From Microcoleus sp. (GTDB taxonomy: Bacteria > Cyanobacteriota > Cyanobacteriia > Cyanobacteriales > Microcoleaceae), in NCBI GenBank assembly GCA_052279835.1, contig CP181291.1:4256001-4320000 (forward strand): a stretch of DNA of 64,000 nt, given 5' to 3'. This document shows positions 37,578 to 46,889 of the stretch, one piece after another; positions within the stretch are counted from its first letter, which is position 1; each line of letters starts with the position of its first letter. The position numbers were made by a program, and so were the translations under genes. The notes beneath the pieces were generated by a model. That model did not search any database. It saw nothing but the letters and a program-made list of their open reading frames with translations, and was not told where the DNA came from.

Positions 37578-40500
37578 ATGCCAAACTCAATCACTGCAAC
37601 AATTACAAGCTCGATCGCATTTATCGACAGCGCGGTACCCGAAGCCCAAGTCTTAGCCAACGGCATCAACCCAGAAACCGAAGTCATTCAACTAAATGCA
37701 AGTTGCAGCGGCATCGCACAAATTACCGAAGCCTTACAAAATCGTAGTGTTTCAGCCATTCACATCATTTCCCACGGAGCACCGGGCTGCTTGCAATTGG
37801 GTAGCAGCAAATTGAATGCAGACAGCATTGAGTGCGATCGCACTTCTTTGCGGCAGTGGTTTTCGACACCAATCAGTGCGGACAATTCCCAATCCCCAAG
37901 CCCTAGTACAGAAAAAAGTCAACCAGAAATTCTGCTTTATGGCTGCGAAGTAGCAGCAGGCGACGCAGGTATAGCCTTTGTCAAAAGGCTGAGCGAATTA
38001 ACAGGGGCTAGTGTTGCCGCATCCCAGAATCTAACAGGAAGTGCAGCCAAAGGTGGCGATTGGGAACTAGAAATCACCACCGGAAAAATCCAAACACCTT
38101 TAGCATTGAAACCAGAAGTATTGGCGACTTACAGCCACGTTTTTTCACTCTTTAAAGTTACTGATTACGATCCCAAACTTTATGCTACTAATGTCATCGC
38201 CGGAGACTTTAACGGTGACGGTAAGGCTGACATAGCTGGTATGGATATTAATTCAAATAACATTAGCATTTTCTTTGGGAATGGCAATGGAACATTTAAC
38301 TTTGGTCCCCAAACTAATTTGGGAGTAAAACCTTACGACTTTTTTCCAGGAGACTTTAATGGTGACCAAAAGCTTGATTTAGGCATTACAAACTTAAGTT
38401 CTAAAAACTTTTCTATCTTATTAGGAGATGGCAAAGGTAGTTTTAGTCCACCCACCAACTTCGATTTGGGTACGGCTTTCAATTTCGTCTTTTGGGGAGA
38501 CTTTAAAAGTGATGGCAATCTTGACTTAGTTAGTATTGACTCCGAATTGAATAAGATATCTATACTGTTGGCAGATGGCAAAGGTGGTTACAGTAAACCG
38601 ACTGACATTAGTGTCGGAAAATTTCCCAATGACATCGTTGTAGCAGACTTCAATGGCGACCAAAAAGTCGATTTAGCAACTTCAAATAAGAACTCTAATA
38701 ATGTCTCCGTACTTTTAGGAGATGGTAAAGGGAGTTTCGCTCCAGCCACTAACTTTAATGTCGGAACAGCCCCCAGTTCAATAGCTGTGGGAGACGTAAA
38801 CAACGACGGCAAGCTTGACTTAGTAACTGCAAATAGTGGATCTAATAGCATTTCTATTTTATTTGGAGATGGGAAAGGAGGTTTTGGTTCTAGCACCAGT
38901 GCTTATTCAGCAATCAGCCCTTCTTACGTTCGCTTGGCAGACTTTAACGACGACAAAAAACTTGACCAATTAGTTTCTAATGCCAGTTCAAGTATCATTG
39001 TATGGGGAGACGGTACCGGTGGCTTTAATACTTACGATGAGGTTCCCTATGCTGGTATTAACACTCAAGTGATAGACCTTAATGCAGACAACCAGGCTGA
39101 TATAATTGGCAACAGTCTTGGCGGCATCAGAGTTTTGCTCAACAATCCAGAAGCCAATGCAGCAGTTTCCTACGCTATTACTGTCAATCCTGCTGGTGCA
39201 CTTGAAGGCAATACAGGTTCTAAACCTGCCACTTTCACTGTGACTCGCAGCGGTAGCACTGGATTGAGTAGTAGTGTTGATTATGAGATTACTGGCAATG
39301 CTACTCTCCCGATTGGGTACGATAATTTTAACGGAAATTTTAAGGCGACCGGTTCCAAAGGTAAGATTAAATTCGGTCCGGGCGAAACATCTAAAATCAT
39401 GGTTATAGATGTTGCGGGTGATCTAGTGCCAGAAACTGATGAAAACTTTATCATTACTCTGTCAAATCCGATCGCACCAGGGCCCAATCCTAAGATTACG
39501 ACTGCTACGGCTAAGTATACGATCGTAGACGATGACACTCCTGGCAAGACACCAAATCCCATACCTCCAACACCAACACCAACACCAACTCCGACTCCGA
39601 CTCCAACTCCAACTCCAACTCCAACTCCAACTCCAATTACAATACCTGCGGGTATTACCGTCAGCCAAACAACCGGATTAAAGACCACAGAATCAGGCGA
39701 CACTGACTCATTTACGGTCAAACTTAACAGCAAACCCACGGCTAATGTTACCATCGGTTTAAGTAGTTCCAACACAGTAGAAGGAACTATTTCCCCAGCT
39801 TCTCTCACCTTTACTCCTAGCGATTGGAATCAAACCCAAACAGTCACAGTAAAAGGTGTTGATGACAAGATAGTAGATGGGGATAAAAAATACACAATTG
39901 TCACTGGTCCTGCTGTCAGCACCGATCCCAAATACAACAACCTCAATGCAGCAGATGTCAGCGTCACTAACGCCGAAACTAACCGCCCACCGGTGTTAAA
40001 CAAAACCCCAGAGACAACTCCGTGGCACTTCAGAAATGTGAGAGTAAAAAAATCGTCATCTAAATTTGAGTATGAGGTTCCTGAAAAGGCATTTATAGAC
40101 CCAGATGCAGGTGACAAAATCACTTATTCAGCAACTTTACAAAATGGTGAACCTTTACCAAAATGGCTGACTTTTAATCCCACTACTCGTACTTTCATAG
40201 GTGATAACAATCAAGCAAAATCAGTGGATATTAAGTTAACCGCCACCGACAATTCCGGTGCAAGTGCTAGCGATTATATTCTGTTAAGAGTCCCTAAAAA
40301 TGGTGTGGTCGTTGATGGTTATATAGAGGGGGCGACTATCTTCTTTGATGCCAACAAGAATGGAGTCAAAGATGTTAATGAACCATTTTCAACGACTGAT
40401 GCTAAGGGGGAATATGAACTCGATATCCCGGATATTTTTGATACGAACAACAATGGAAATTTCGACCCAGAAGAAGGCAATTTAGTTGCTTTTGGGGGGA

Positions 40501-41735
40501 CGGATACTTCGACAGGTTTACCACTAGCAACTCCTGTTTCAGCACCGATAGATTCCAGTGTTGTCACCCTATTAACTACTTTAGTTACCGATTTGACTGC
40601 TGGGGGAATGTCGCAAACTGAAGCGGAATCAAAGGTTAAATCTACTTTGTCTATTCCGGCGGGAGTTGATTTGCTGGATTTAGATCCGATCGCCTCTACA
40701 GCCAAAAATGAGCCTGGGGGTGTCGAAACTCTAGTCGCCATGACAAAAGTCCAAAACGTCGTCACCCAAACCAGTAGCCTAATTGACGGTGCATCTACCG
40801 CGGATAAGGATGCAATTACCAAAGCTGTTGTCGCAGCAATCAATAGTAAAATTAAATCCGGCGGTTCCCTGGATTTGAGCGATTCTGCACAGGTAGAAAG
40901 CATCATCCAGCAATCTATTGCTAACGTCAAACAAGTTGATAGCAATCTTGACACTCAAAAACTTTCCCAAATTACCTCCCAAGCTGCGAAGGTAATGGTT
41001 GAGGCTAATCAGCAAACAGATCTGGCGAAATCTAACTTTTCACCTGAGTCTATTGCTTCGGAAATTGCGAAAGTTCAAAAGGTGGCTTTAGGTGAAAGTG
41101 CGATCGCCCTGGAAAAAGTCGGTGTTGCGATTCTTACAGGCGATGTTAACTTTTCCCAAACTTCTCCTATAATTTTAGGTGATGACGGCCAAAATCTGCT
41201 CGGTACTGATGATAGGGATACTTTACTAGGTGCTAGCGGTAAGGATTTCATCAGTGGTAAAAAAGGCAGTGATTCCCTCGATGGTGGTGCCGGCGATGAC
41301 AGCATTTACGGTGGCCGGGGACTCGATACGCTGATAGGTAGCAATGGCGATGATATCCTGTTCGGAGGCCGTGGTGCTGACAGTTTGGATGGCGGTATCG
41401 GCAATGATAGTGTGTACGGTGGCAAGGGAGATGATACTTTGCTTGGTGGTTTGGGTGATGATTTCCTGAGTGGCGAAAGTGGGAATGATTTTCTGACTGG
41501 AGGTGCTGGGAACGATCGCTTTTTGTTAAATCTAGGTGGCGGTTCGGATACAATCCTTGATTTTGAGGTTGGTATCGATAAATTTGCGCTAAATAATGGT
41601 TTGAGTTTCCAACAGTTAGCAATTAGTCAAACTGTGGCTGGAACGTTGTTGAAAGTTACATCAACTGGTCAAGTTTTGGCAACGGTGACTGGGTTGGGTA
41701 GTTCGATTACTGCATCAGATTTCGTGTTACTGTAG
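37578..41735 (+). CDS. Large secreted/surface protein: DUF4347, FG-GAP repeats, Calx-beta, PT linker, cadherin/Ig-like, RTX Ca-binding repeats
   Basis: IHIISHGAPG..LLYGCEVA..GGDWELE; GDFNGDG..D repeats; ETDENF; (PT)n; DPDAGD..LPKWLTF; GGxGxDxL nonapeptides. Confidence 0.9.
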   Translation: MPNSITATITSSIAFIDSAVPEAQVLANGINPETEVIQLNASCSGIAQITEALQNRSVSAIHIISHGAPGCLQLGSSKLNADSIECDRTSLRQWFSTPISADNSQSPSPSTEKSQPEILLYGCEVAAGDAGIAFVKRLSELTGASVAASQNLTGSAAKGGDWELEITTGKIQTPLALKPEVLATYSHVFSLFKVTDYDPKLYATNVIAGDFNGDGKADIAGMDINSNNISIFFGNGNGTFNFGPQTNLGVKPYDFFPGDFNGDQKLDLGITNLSSKNFSILLGDGKGSFSPPTNFDLGTAFNFVFWGDFKSDGNLDLVSIDSELNKISILLADGKGGYSKPTDISVGKFPNDIVVADFNGDQKVDLATSNKNSNNVSVLLGDGKGSFAPATNFNVGTAPSSIAVGDVNNDGKLDLVTANSGSNSISILFGDGKGGFGSSTSAYSAISPSYVRLADFNDDKKLDQLVSNASSSIIVWGDGTGGFNTYDEVPYAGINTQVIDLNADNQADIIGNSLGGIRVLLNNPEANAAVSYAITVNPAGALEGNTGSKPATFTVTRSGSTGLSSSVDYEITGNATLPIGYDNFNGNFKATGSKGKIKFGPGETSKIMVIDVAGDLVPETDENFIITLSNPIAPGPNPKITTATAKYTIVDDDTPGKTPNPIPPTPTPTPTPTPTPTPTPTPTPTPITIPAGITVSQTTGLKTTESGDTDSFTVKLNSKPTANVTIGLSSSNTVEGTISPASLTFTPSDWNQTQTVTVKGVDDKIVDGDKKYTIVTGPAVSTDPKYNNLNAADVSVTNAETNRPPVLNKTPETTPWHFRNVRVKKSSSKFEYEVPEKAFIDPDAGDKITYSATLQNGEPLPKWLTFNPTTRTFIGDNNQAKSVDIKLTATDNSGASASDYILLRVPKNGVVVDGYIEGATIFFDANKNGVKDVNEPFSTTDAKGEYELDIPDIFDTNNNGNFDPEEGNLVAFGGTDTSTGLPLATPVSAPIDSSVVTLLTTLVTDLTAGGMSQTEAESKVKSTLSIPAGVDLLDLDPIASTAKNEPGGVETLVAMTKVQNVVTQTSSLIDGASTADKDAITKAVVAAINSKIKSGGSLDLSDSAQVESIIQQSIANVKQVDSNLDTQKLSQITSQAAKVMVEANQQTDLAKSNFSPESIASEIAKVQKVALGESAIALEKVGVAILTGDVNFSQTSPIILGDDGQNLLGTDDRDTLLGASGKDFISGKKGSDSLDGGAGDDSIYGGRGLDTLIGSNGDDILFGGRGADSLDGGIGNDSVYGGKGDDTLLGGLGDDFLSGESGNDFLTGGAGNDRFLLNLGGGSDTILDFEVGIDKFALNNGLSFQQLAISQTVAGTLLKVTSTGQVLATVTGLGSSITASDFVLL

Positions 41736-41914
41736 ATTCAATTATTTGAGATTCCCTACTTTTTAAAGAAGTGGGGAATCTCGCAACTACGGTTTTTTCT
41801 GGATGATTTAACCGCAGAGGGCGCAGAGGGCGCAGAGGAGGAGAAGAGAGATGAATAATATTAAAAAAGCTATAATTGTTGAAAGGCTGGTAATTTATAT
41901 GCACTGAAAAATAT

Positions 41915-42219
41915 ATGAGCCAAGCAGATTATCAACACGCTTTGAAACAGATAGAAACTGGAGATTTACCAGGGGCGCTGCAAACTCTCGATCGCATTAT
42001 GCGGATTTCACTCATTTAATCCACTTTGGATGCGATCGCACGAGCCTGTTTTTGCACCGAGGACATGGCTACTTCTTAGTGGGAGATTTGGAGAATGCTT
42101 TTAAGGATTATTCTAATGCGATCGCCGCTAGGTCAAATGAGGGGCTTTTAGGACAAGATTTTCTGGCTCGTTATAATGTGCGGATTCTAGAAAATCAAGT
42201 AGAGTTTCATCCTCGATAA
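41915..42219 (+). pseudogene. Deleted relic of a TPR + retropepsin-like aspartyl protease gene
   Basis: MSQADYQHALKQIETGDLPGALQTLDR then frameshift to FLHRGHGYFLVGDLENAFKDYSNAI (TPR) joined to GLLGQDFLARYNVRILENQVEFHPR*. Confidence 0.55.
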
Positions 42220-42272
42220 TTTATAGCAAACAGGCAAGATGCCTGTTCCACAAATATAGAATAAGGAAGAAG

Positions 42273-42481
42273 GAAGATGGAAGATGGAAGATGGAAGATG
42301 GAAGATGGAAGATGGAAGAAAGACCTTCGACACTTATAACCTGATACACTTCGACTACGCTCAGTGTCCAATTCCCCATTCCCCATTCCCAATTACCAAT
42401 TCCCCATTCCCCATTCCCCATTCCCCATTCCCCATTCCCCATTCCCAATTCCCCATTCCCCATTCCCAATTACCAATTCCC
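42273..42481. repeat. Heptamer arrays (GGAAGAT)n and (TCCCCAT/TCCCAAT)n
   Basis: Directly visible; CTTCGACTACGCTCAG short element between them. Confidence 0.92.
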
Positions 42482-42483
42482 GA

Positions 42484-43146
42484 CTACTTAATCTTATTCA
42501 CATAGCCCCACAAACTGTAATCTCGACTCAACCAACCCCGGAAAAAAGCCATCTGACTAGGGTCTTCTTGCACCCGTTTGTAGCGATAAATAATCCGTTC
42601 ATTAATCATTTGCAAAGCGGTATTTCTGTTGTTTGCACTTTTGAGCGCTTCCTTTGTGCGACTATCAAAAATCCCCGTTTGTGGCAATCCTAACGCTTGT
42701 TGAAGAAAGGTAATTGAGTTGTTAATTCCAAAGTTAACCGCCGTGTCAAACATGACGATCGCCAAAGTTGGGTGCATTGTTCCCGAAAGACTCGAATCCC
42801 AGTAATATTTATAAATTTCTAGGAGCTCTGCTTCCGACATCTGCGTCACATCTAGGGGTGGCAGCCCCCGACTGTATCGGTAAGCATTATATTCGGTTTG
42901 CAGAATCCCTCGATAAGTTCTGCCACCCTTGTCTGCGGGGTGATCGCTGAACCCGCCCTCAAAATATAGGGTAAAATAAAGGGCTGTTTGAAATAACTTC
43001 TGCCGCAAGTTGCCTGTCTGCTGCTGTGCCACAGTCTTTTGGGCAAAGGGCAAGGGAATTGCCAGACTTAACAAAAGTAAGCCCAGTAACAGGTTTGGTC
43101 TCCACTTAATTTTCTGTTGACGCTGTGATCGTTGCTTGTCGTTCAT
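42484..43146 (-). CDS. Glycoside hydrolase family 108 (lysozyme-like) protein
   Basis: EGGFSDHPADKGGRTYRGI, IYKYYW, FDTAVNFG, FFRGWLSR; signal peptide. Confidence 0.88.
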   Translation of the reverse strand: MNDKQRSQRQQKIKWRPNLLLGLLLLSLAIPLPFAQKTVAQQQTGNLRQKLFQTALYFTLYFEGGFSDHPADKGGRTYRGILQTEYNAYRYSRGLPPLDVTQMSEAELLEIYKYYWDSSLSGTMHPTLAIVMFDTAVNFGINNSITFLQQALGLPQTGIFDSRTKEALKSANNRNTALQMINERIIYRYKRVQEDPSQMAFFRGWLSRDYSLWGYVNKIK

Positions 43147-43245
43147 AAATTCCCTGTCCGATCGCCCGTAGTTCCGCTAAAACTGCTACTCTGCAAAATA
43201 ATATAGATTCAACCTTTAACTTGATAGCACAGATAGGCAGCGAAG

Positions 43246-45420
43246 ATGAATCCCGATTTCCACAATCAGTCTGAAACACCCAAATTGGAAGATGCTGCAT
43301 CTCTGACAATCCTGGCAGAAAAATATTACTCTCAAGGTAATTTAGCAGAAGCGATTGCCACTTGTCGCCTCGCACTGGAATTACAACCGGATTGGGCTCC
43401 AGCTTACGTGACAATGGGCAACGTCCACCAAGCCAATGGGCAACTTGATGAGGCGATGCGGCTGTATTCTGAGGCGATCGCCCTGAATCCCGACTTTGCC
43501 GAGGCCTATGCTAATTTGGGGAGTATGCTCTACAAACAAGGGCTGTTTGTAGAGGCGATTGTCAATTACGAAAAGGCGATCGTCCTCAAACCGAATTTAG
43601 CACCAGCTTACTGGAATTTGGCACTCACACTCAAGCAGCAAGGGCAATTTGATGCGGCGCTTTCCTACGAGCAAAAAGCTCTCGAACTCAATCCCGATCT
43701 GGCTGAGGTAGATTTTAACTTAGATTTGGGAGATAAATTGGCGGGGGAAGGTAAGCTGGATGAGGCTGTGGCTGCTTGGCAACGGGCGATCGACCTCAAG
43801 CCGGATTTACCAGAAGCATACTGTCAAATAGGCATAGTTTTGCGCTATCAGGGCAAATTGAAACAAGCAATTCCCTATCTGGAAAAAGCCCTAGAAATTA
43901 AACCAGATTTTATTACCGCTCACCAACATTTGTGTGCCATTCTCAGAGATACCACCGATTTATCTCAGGCGCGGCAAGCTGTTCACAGATACAGTCAAAT
44001 GTGTGGTGAAAACGATCCAATTATGACCGCAATTTACTTTGTCAGTACCTATCAAGTGTCGGGACTGAATCAAATTGCTAAAGATAGATTTTTAGAACTA
44101 GAATCTTACTTGGAACGCAACTTAGACACAGTTACAGCAGTTGAAATTAAATCGCTGTATGCCAATTTCTTGTTTAGTACGCCCTATTTGCGAGATGATG
44201 TGGCCGCCAATTCTCAACTTTACAGAAGAATTGCCCAAAAGTATATCGACCAATGTATCAAACCTAATTTTCCCCAAGTCACTCATTACAGTCTAAAAAC
44301 AACGGCGAGCCCAGGTAAACTAAAAATTGGGTGTTTGTCCAATCACTTCCGTCGCCATTCTGTGGGTTGGTGCAGTGCTGATATCCTTCGCGAATTGTCG
44401 GCGATCGCGAATTTGCATTTGTACGCTTCCGAAAGAATTGTTCCTGATGACCAAACCCAAAATTTTGAAAGTTTTGGCAAACTAACGTTGCCCAAAACTT
44501 TTCCCAACGGAATGTCTAATTCCTCAGAAATTATCGCTCAAATTAGAAGTGATAATTTAGACATTTTAATTGATTTAGATTCTCTCAGCGTACCAATTCA
44601 TGCTGACATTCTCTACGCTAAACCCGCAGTAGCTTGTGTGTCTTGGTTAGGGTTTGATGCTCCTTACATATCACCGAAAAATTATTTTCTTTCTGATTGG
44701 CACTCGCACCCAGCAGGTAGGGAAAAATATTATGATGAGCAGCTAATTAGGATGCCTGATTCCTTTGTGGCAGTCTCAGGTTTTAAAAGGTACGGAGTCA
44801 ATCCGGTAGCCTTGAGAAGGTCGAATCGCATTGGTTTAGACCAGATAGTTTACCTGTGTATCGCTCCAGGGAAAAAATTTAATTCCGACTTGGCGAAAGC
44901 ACAGGTGGCTATTCTTAAACAAGTGCCAAATAGTGTGTTAATTCACAAAGCTTTAGGCGATAATGCCGTGTTTCAAGCGGCTTATCACCAGGTTTGCGAA
45001 ACTGAAGGAGTTAGCAAGCACCGGATTAAGTTTTTGCCACGGGTTGCTACGGAGGAAGAACATAGAATTGTATATTTGCTGGCCGATGTTTTGTTGGATT
45101 CTTATCCTTATAATGGTGGAACTCACACCTTAGAGGCTTTGTGGTTTAATTTGCCTGTGGTGACTCGCATTGGAGAGCAGTTTTTATCCAGAATGGGTTA
45201 TTCGTTTTTGCAGACTTTGGGAATTACCACTGGGATGGCTTGGTCTTGGGAGGAATATGTGGAATTTGGGGTACAATTAGGTCAAGATAGTGAATTACGA
45301 AACGGGGTGAAAGCGCAGTTGGCTAATTCTAAAAAAGCCGAAAATTTGTCGCCCTTGTGGAACCCTAAAAAATTTGCTGGAGATATGTATGCACTGTTTG
45401 AAAAACTGTGTAAAATATAG
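43246..45420 (+). CDS. TPR + O-GlcNAc transferase (GT41/SPINDLY-like)
   Basis: N-terminal TPRs; KIGCLSNHFRRHSVG, DILIDLD, WLGF, LDSYPYNGGTHTLEALW. Confidence 0.9.
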   Translation: MNPDFHNQSETPKLEDAASLTILAEKYYSQGNLAEAIATCRLALELQPDWAPAYVTMGNVHQANGQLDEAMRLYSEAIALNPDFAEAYANLGSMLYKQGLFVEAIVNYEKAIVLKPNLAPAYWNLALTLKQQGQFDAALSYEQKALELNPDLAEVDFNLDLGDKLAGEGKLDEAVAAWQRAIDLKPDLPEAYCQIGIVLRYQGKLKQAIPYLEKALEIKPDFITAHQHLCAILRDTTDLSQARQAVHRYSQMCGENDPIMTAIYFVSTYQVSGLNQIAKDRFLELESYLERNLDTVTAVEIKSLYANFLFSTPYLRDDVAANSQLYRRIAQKYIDQCIKPNFPQVTHYSLKTTASPGKLKIGCLSNHFRRHSVGWCSADILRELSAIANLHLYASERIVPDDQTQNFESFGKLTLPKTFPNGMSNSSEIIAQIRSDNLDILIDLDSLSVPIHADILYAKPAVACVSWLGFDAPYISPKNYFLSDWHSHPAGREKYYDEQLIRMPDSFVAVSGFKRYGVNPVALRRSNRIGLDQIVYLCIAPGKKFNSDLAKAQVAILKQVPNSVLIHKALGDNAVFQAAYHQVCETEGVSKHRIKFLPRVATEEEHRIVYLLADVLLDSYPYNGGTHTLEALWFNLPVVTRIGEQFLSRMGYSFLQTLGITTGMAWSWEEYVEFGVQLGQDSELRNGVKAQLANSKKAENLSPLWNPKKFAGDMYALFEKLCKI

Positions 45421-45437
45421 ATTTAATTTCAAATCTG

Positions 45438-46028
45438 ATGGCTTTACCAACTATTAAGTTTCTGAAACAGCCGACTTCCCAAGATTGGGTACAACAGGCG
45501 ATCGCCAATTTAGATACTATCTTATTAGACCATTCTCACTGCGAGCGTAAGGCGGCTGGGGTAGCATTGAATTTAATGTTTCGCTACCCGGCTCATGCTA
45601 AATTGGTGAGGATGTTAACGGCGATCGCCCGCGAAGAATTAGAGCATTTTGAGCAAGTCAATCAGCACTTGGAAAAACGTAACATTGCTTTGGGTCCCTT
45701 GGGCGCTCCTCCCTACGGTGCCGGTTTGTCTAGCCAAATTCGGAAACAAGAACCGGATCGACTTTTGGATTCTTTACTGGTTTCTGGTTTAATCGAAGCG
45801 CGGAGTCACGAACGGCTGGGACTGCTGGCAGATAGTTGTGTCGATGGAGAATTAGCTAAATTTTACCGGAGTTTGATGGTTTCGGAAGCTCGCCATTATG
45901 GTGTATATTGGATTTTGGCAACAACTTATTTCGATCGCTCTGTTGTCGATCGGCGGCTGGAGGAATTATCATTAGTTGAGAGCGAGTTGCTGGCAACTCT
46001 TCATCCAGAACCGAGAATTCATAGCTAA
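45438..46028 (+). CDS. miaE: tRNA-(ms2io6A37) hydroxylase MiaE family
   Basis: DHSHCERKAA, REELEHF, IEARSHERL, SEARH di-iron motifs. Confidence 0.92.
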   Translation: MALPTIKFLKQPTSQDWVQQAIANLDTILLDHSHCERKAAGVALNLMFRYPAHAKLVRMLTAIAREELEHFEQVNQHLEKRNIALGPLGAPPYGAGLSSQIRKQEPDRLLDSLLVSGLIEARSHERLGLLADSCVDGELAKFYRSLMVSEARHYGVYWILATTYFDRSVVDRRLEELSLVESELLATLHPEPRIHS

Positions 46029-46120
46029 ATATAGGGTGTATTAAAATGCTGTAACACACAAACTTATGGCTATTTTACTTAGTTTCTAAAGTGACAGAAA
46101 AATATGATTTACAAAAACCA

Positions 46121-46618
46121 ATGAAAACCCAATATCATGATTTTTTAATTCGTTCCTGGGAAACCCGCGACCGGGCTGATGCTTTTCATGTAATTCGGGA
46201 TGTCTTATTAGAGTACGGTTTAAGATCCGAACCTTTCGGAGCCGATCGAGATGTGTATGATGTAGAACTACACTATCATGCCAAAGGTGGAGAATTTTGG
46301 GTGGTTGAACGGGAAGGAGAAATCGTAGGAACGGCGGCTTACTATCCCATTGAACGAGGCAATAATGCTGTAGAAATTCGCAAAATGTATCTTTTGCCGG
46401 CCGCCAGGGGAAAGGGTTTAGGAAAATTTTTACTGCAACAATTGGAAAATAAAATTGCTAGTTGTGGCTTTGATGAAATCTGGGTCGAAACTGCTAGCGT
46501 TCTCAAGGAAGCTGTTAATATGTATGAAAAAAACGGCTATCAACCAACAACTGGTGTAGAGACGCAAAGGTGCGATCGGGTTTACAAAAAAGTAATCAAA
46601 GCAGAAATAAAGGAATAA
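46121..46618 (+). CDS. GNAT family N-acetyltransferase
   Basis: EIRKMYLLPAARGKGLGK, AVNMYEKNGY. Confidence 0.88.
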   Translation: MKTQYHDFLIRSWETRDRADAFHVIRDVLLEYGLRSEPFGADRDVYDVELHYHAKGGEFWVVEREGEIVGTAAYYPIERGNNAVEIRKMYLLPAARGKGLGKFLLQQLENKIASCGFDEIWVETASVLKEAVNMYEKNGYQPTTGVETQRCDRVYKKVIKAEIKE

Positions 46619-46698
46619 AAAAATCAGGCCTAGGCAACTCCGGCCACAAATCGGAATTATTAAACTCTCTCTTCTCTTCCTTCGCGCCTTCGCGGTTA

Positions 46699-46802
46699 AT
46701 ATCAATTCCAGTTGTATCGGAATGATTAAACCACAGAGAACACAGAGGACACAGAGAAAGAGAAGAGAGAAATAATAATTCCGATGTCAAAGGATTTGAT
46801 AT
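46699..46802 (+). mobile_element. 104-bp MITE-like element abutting an inverted partial copy (46650-46698)
   Basis: ATATCAATTCC..ATCGGAATGATT / AATAATTCCGAT..GGATTTGATAT. Confidence 0.8.
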
Positions 46803-46889
46803 AAATCATTCCAATACAACCTAAATTAATATCAAGAGTGTTCTACAAAGGCTCAATCATGACCATGCAACCGGAATTTGTATCGCTGC

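Noticed and set aside
39567..39635. 6-bp tandem repeat (CCAACT/CCAACA)
   Set aside because: Ordinary Pro-Thr linker inside the surface protein; the antisense GV/WS ORFs are shadows
42207..42693. ORFs with MGNGEWG / FPIPHSP / SSIFHLP repeats
   Set aside because: Heptamer repeat artefacts
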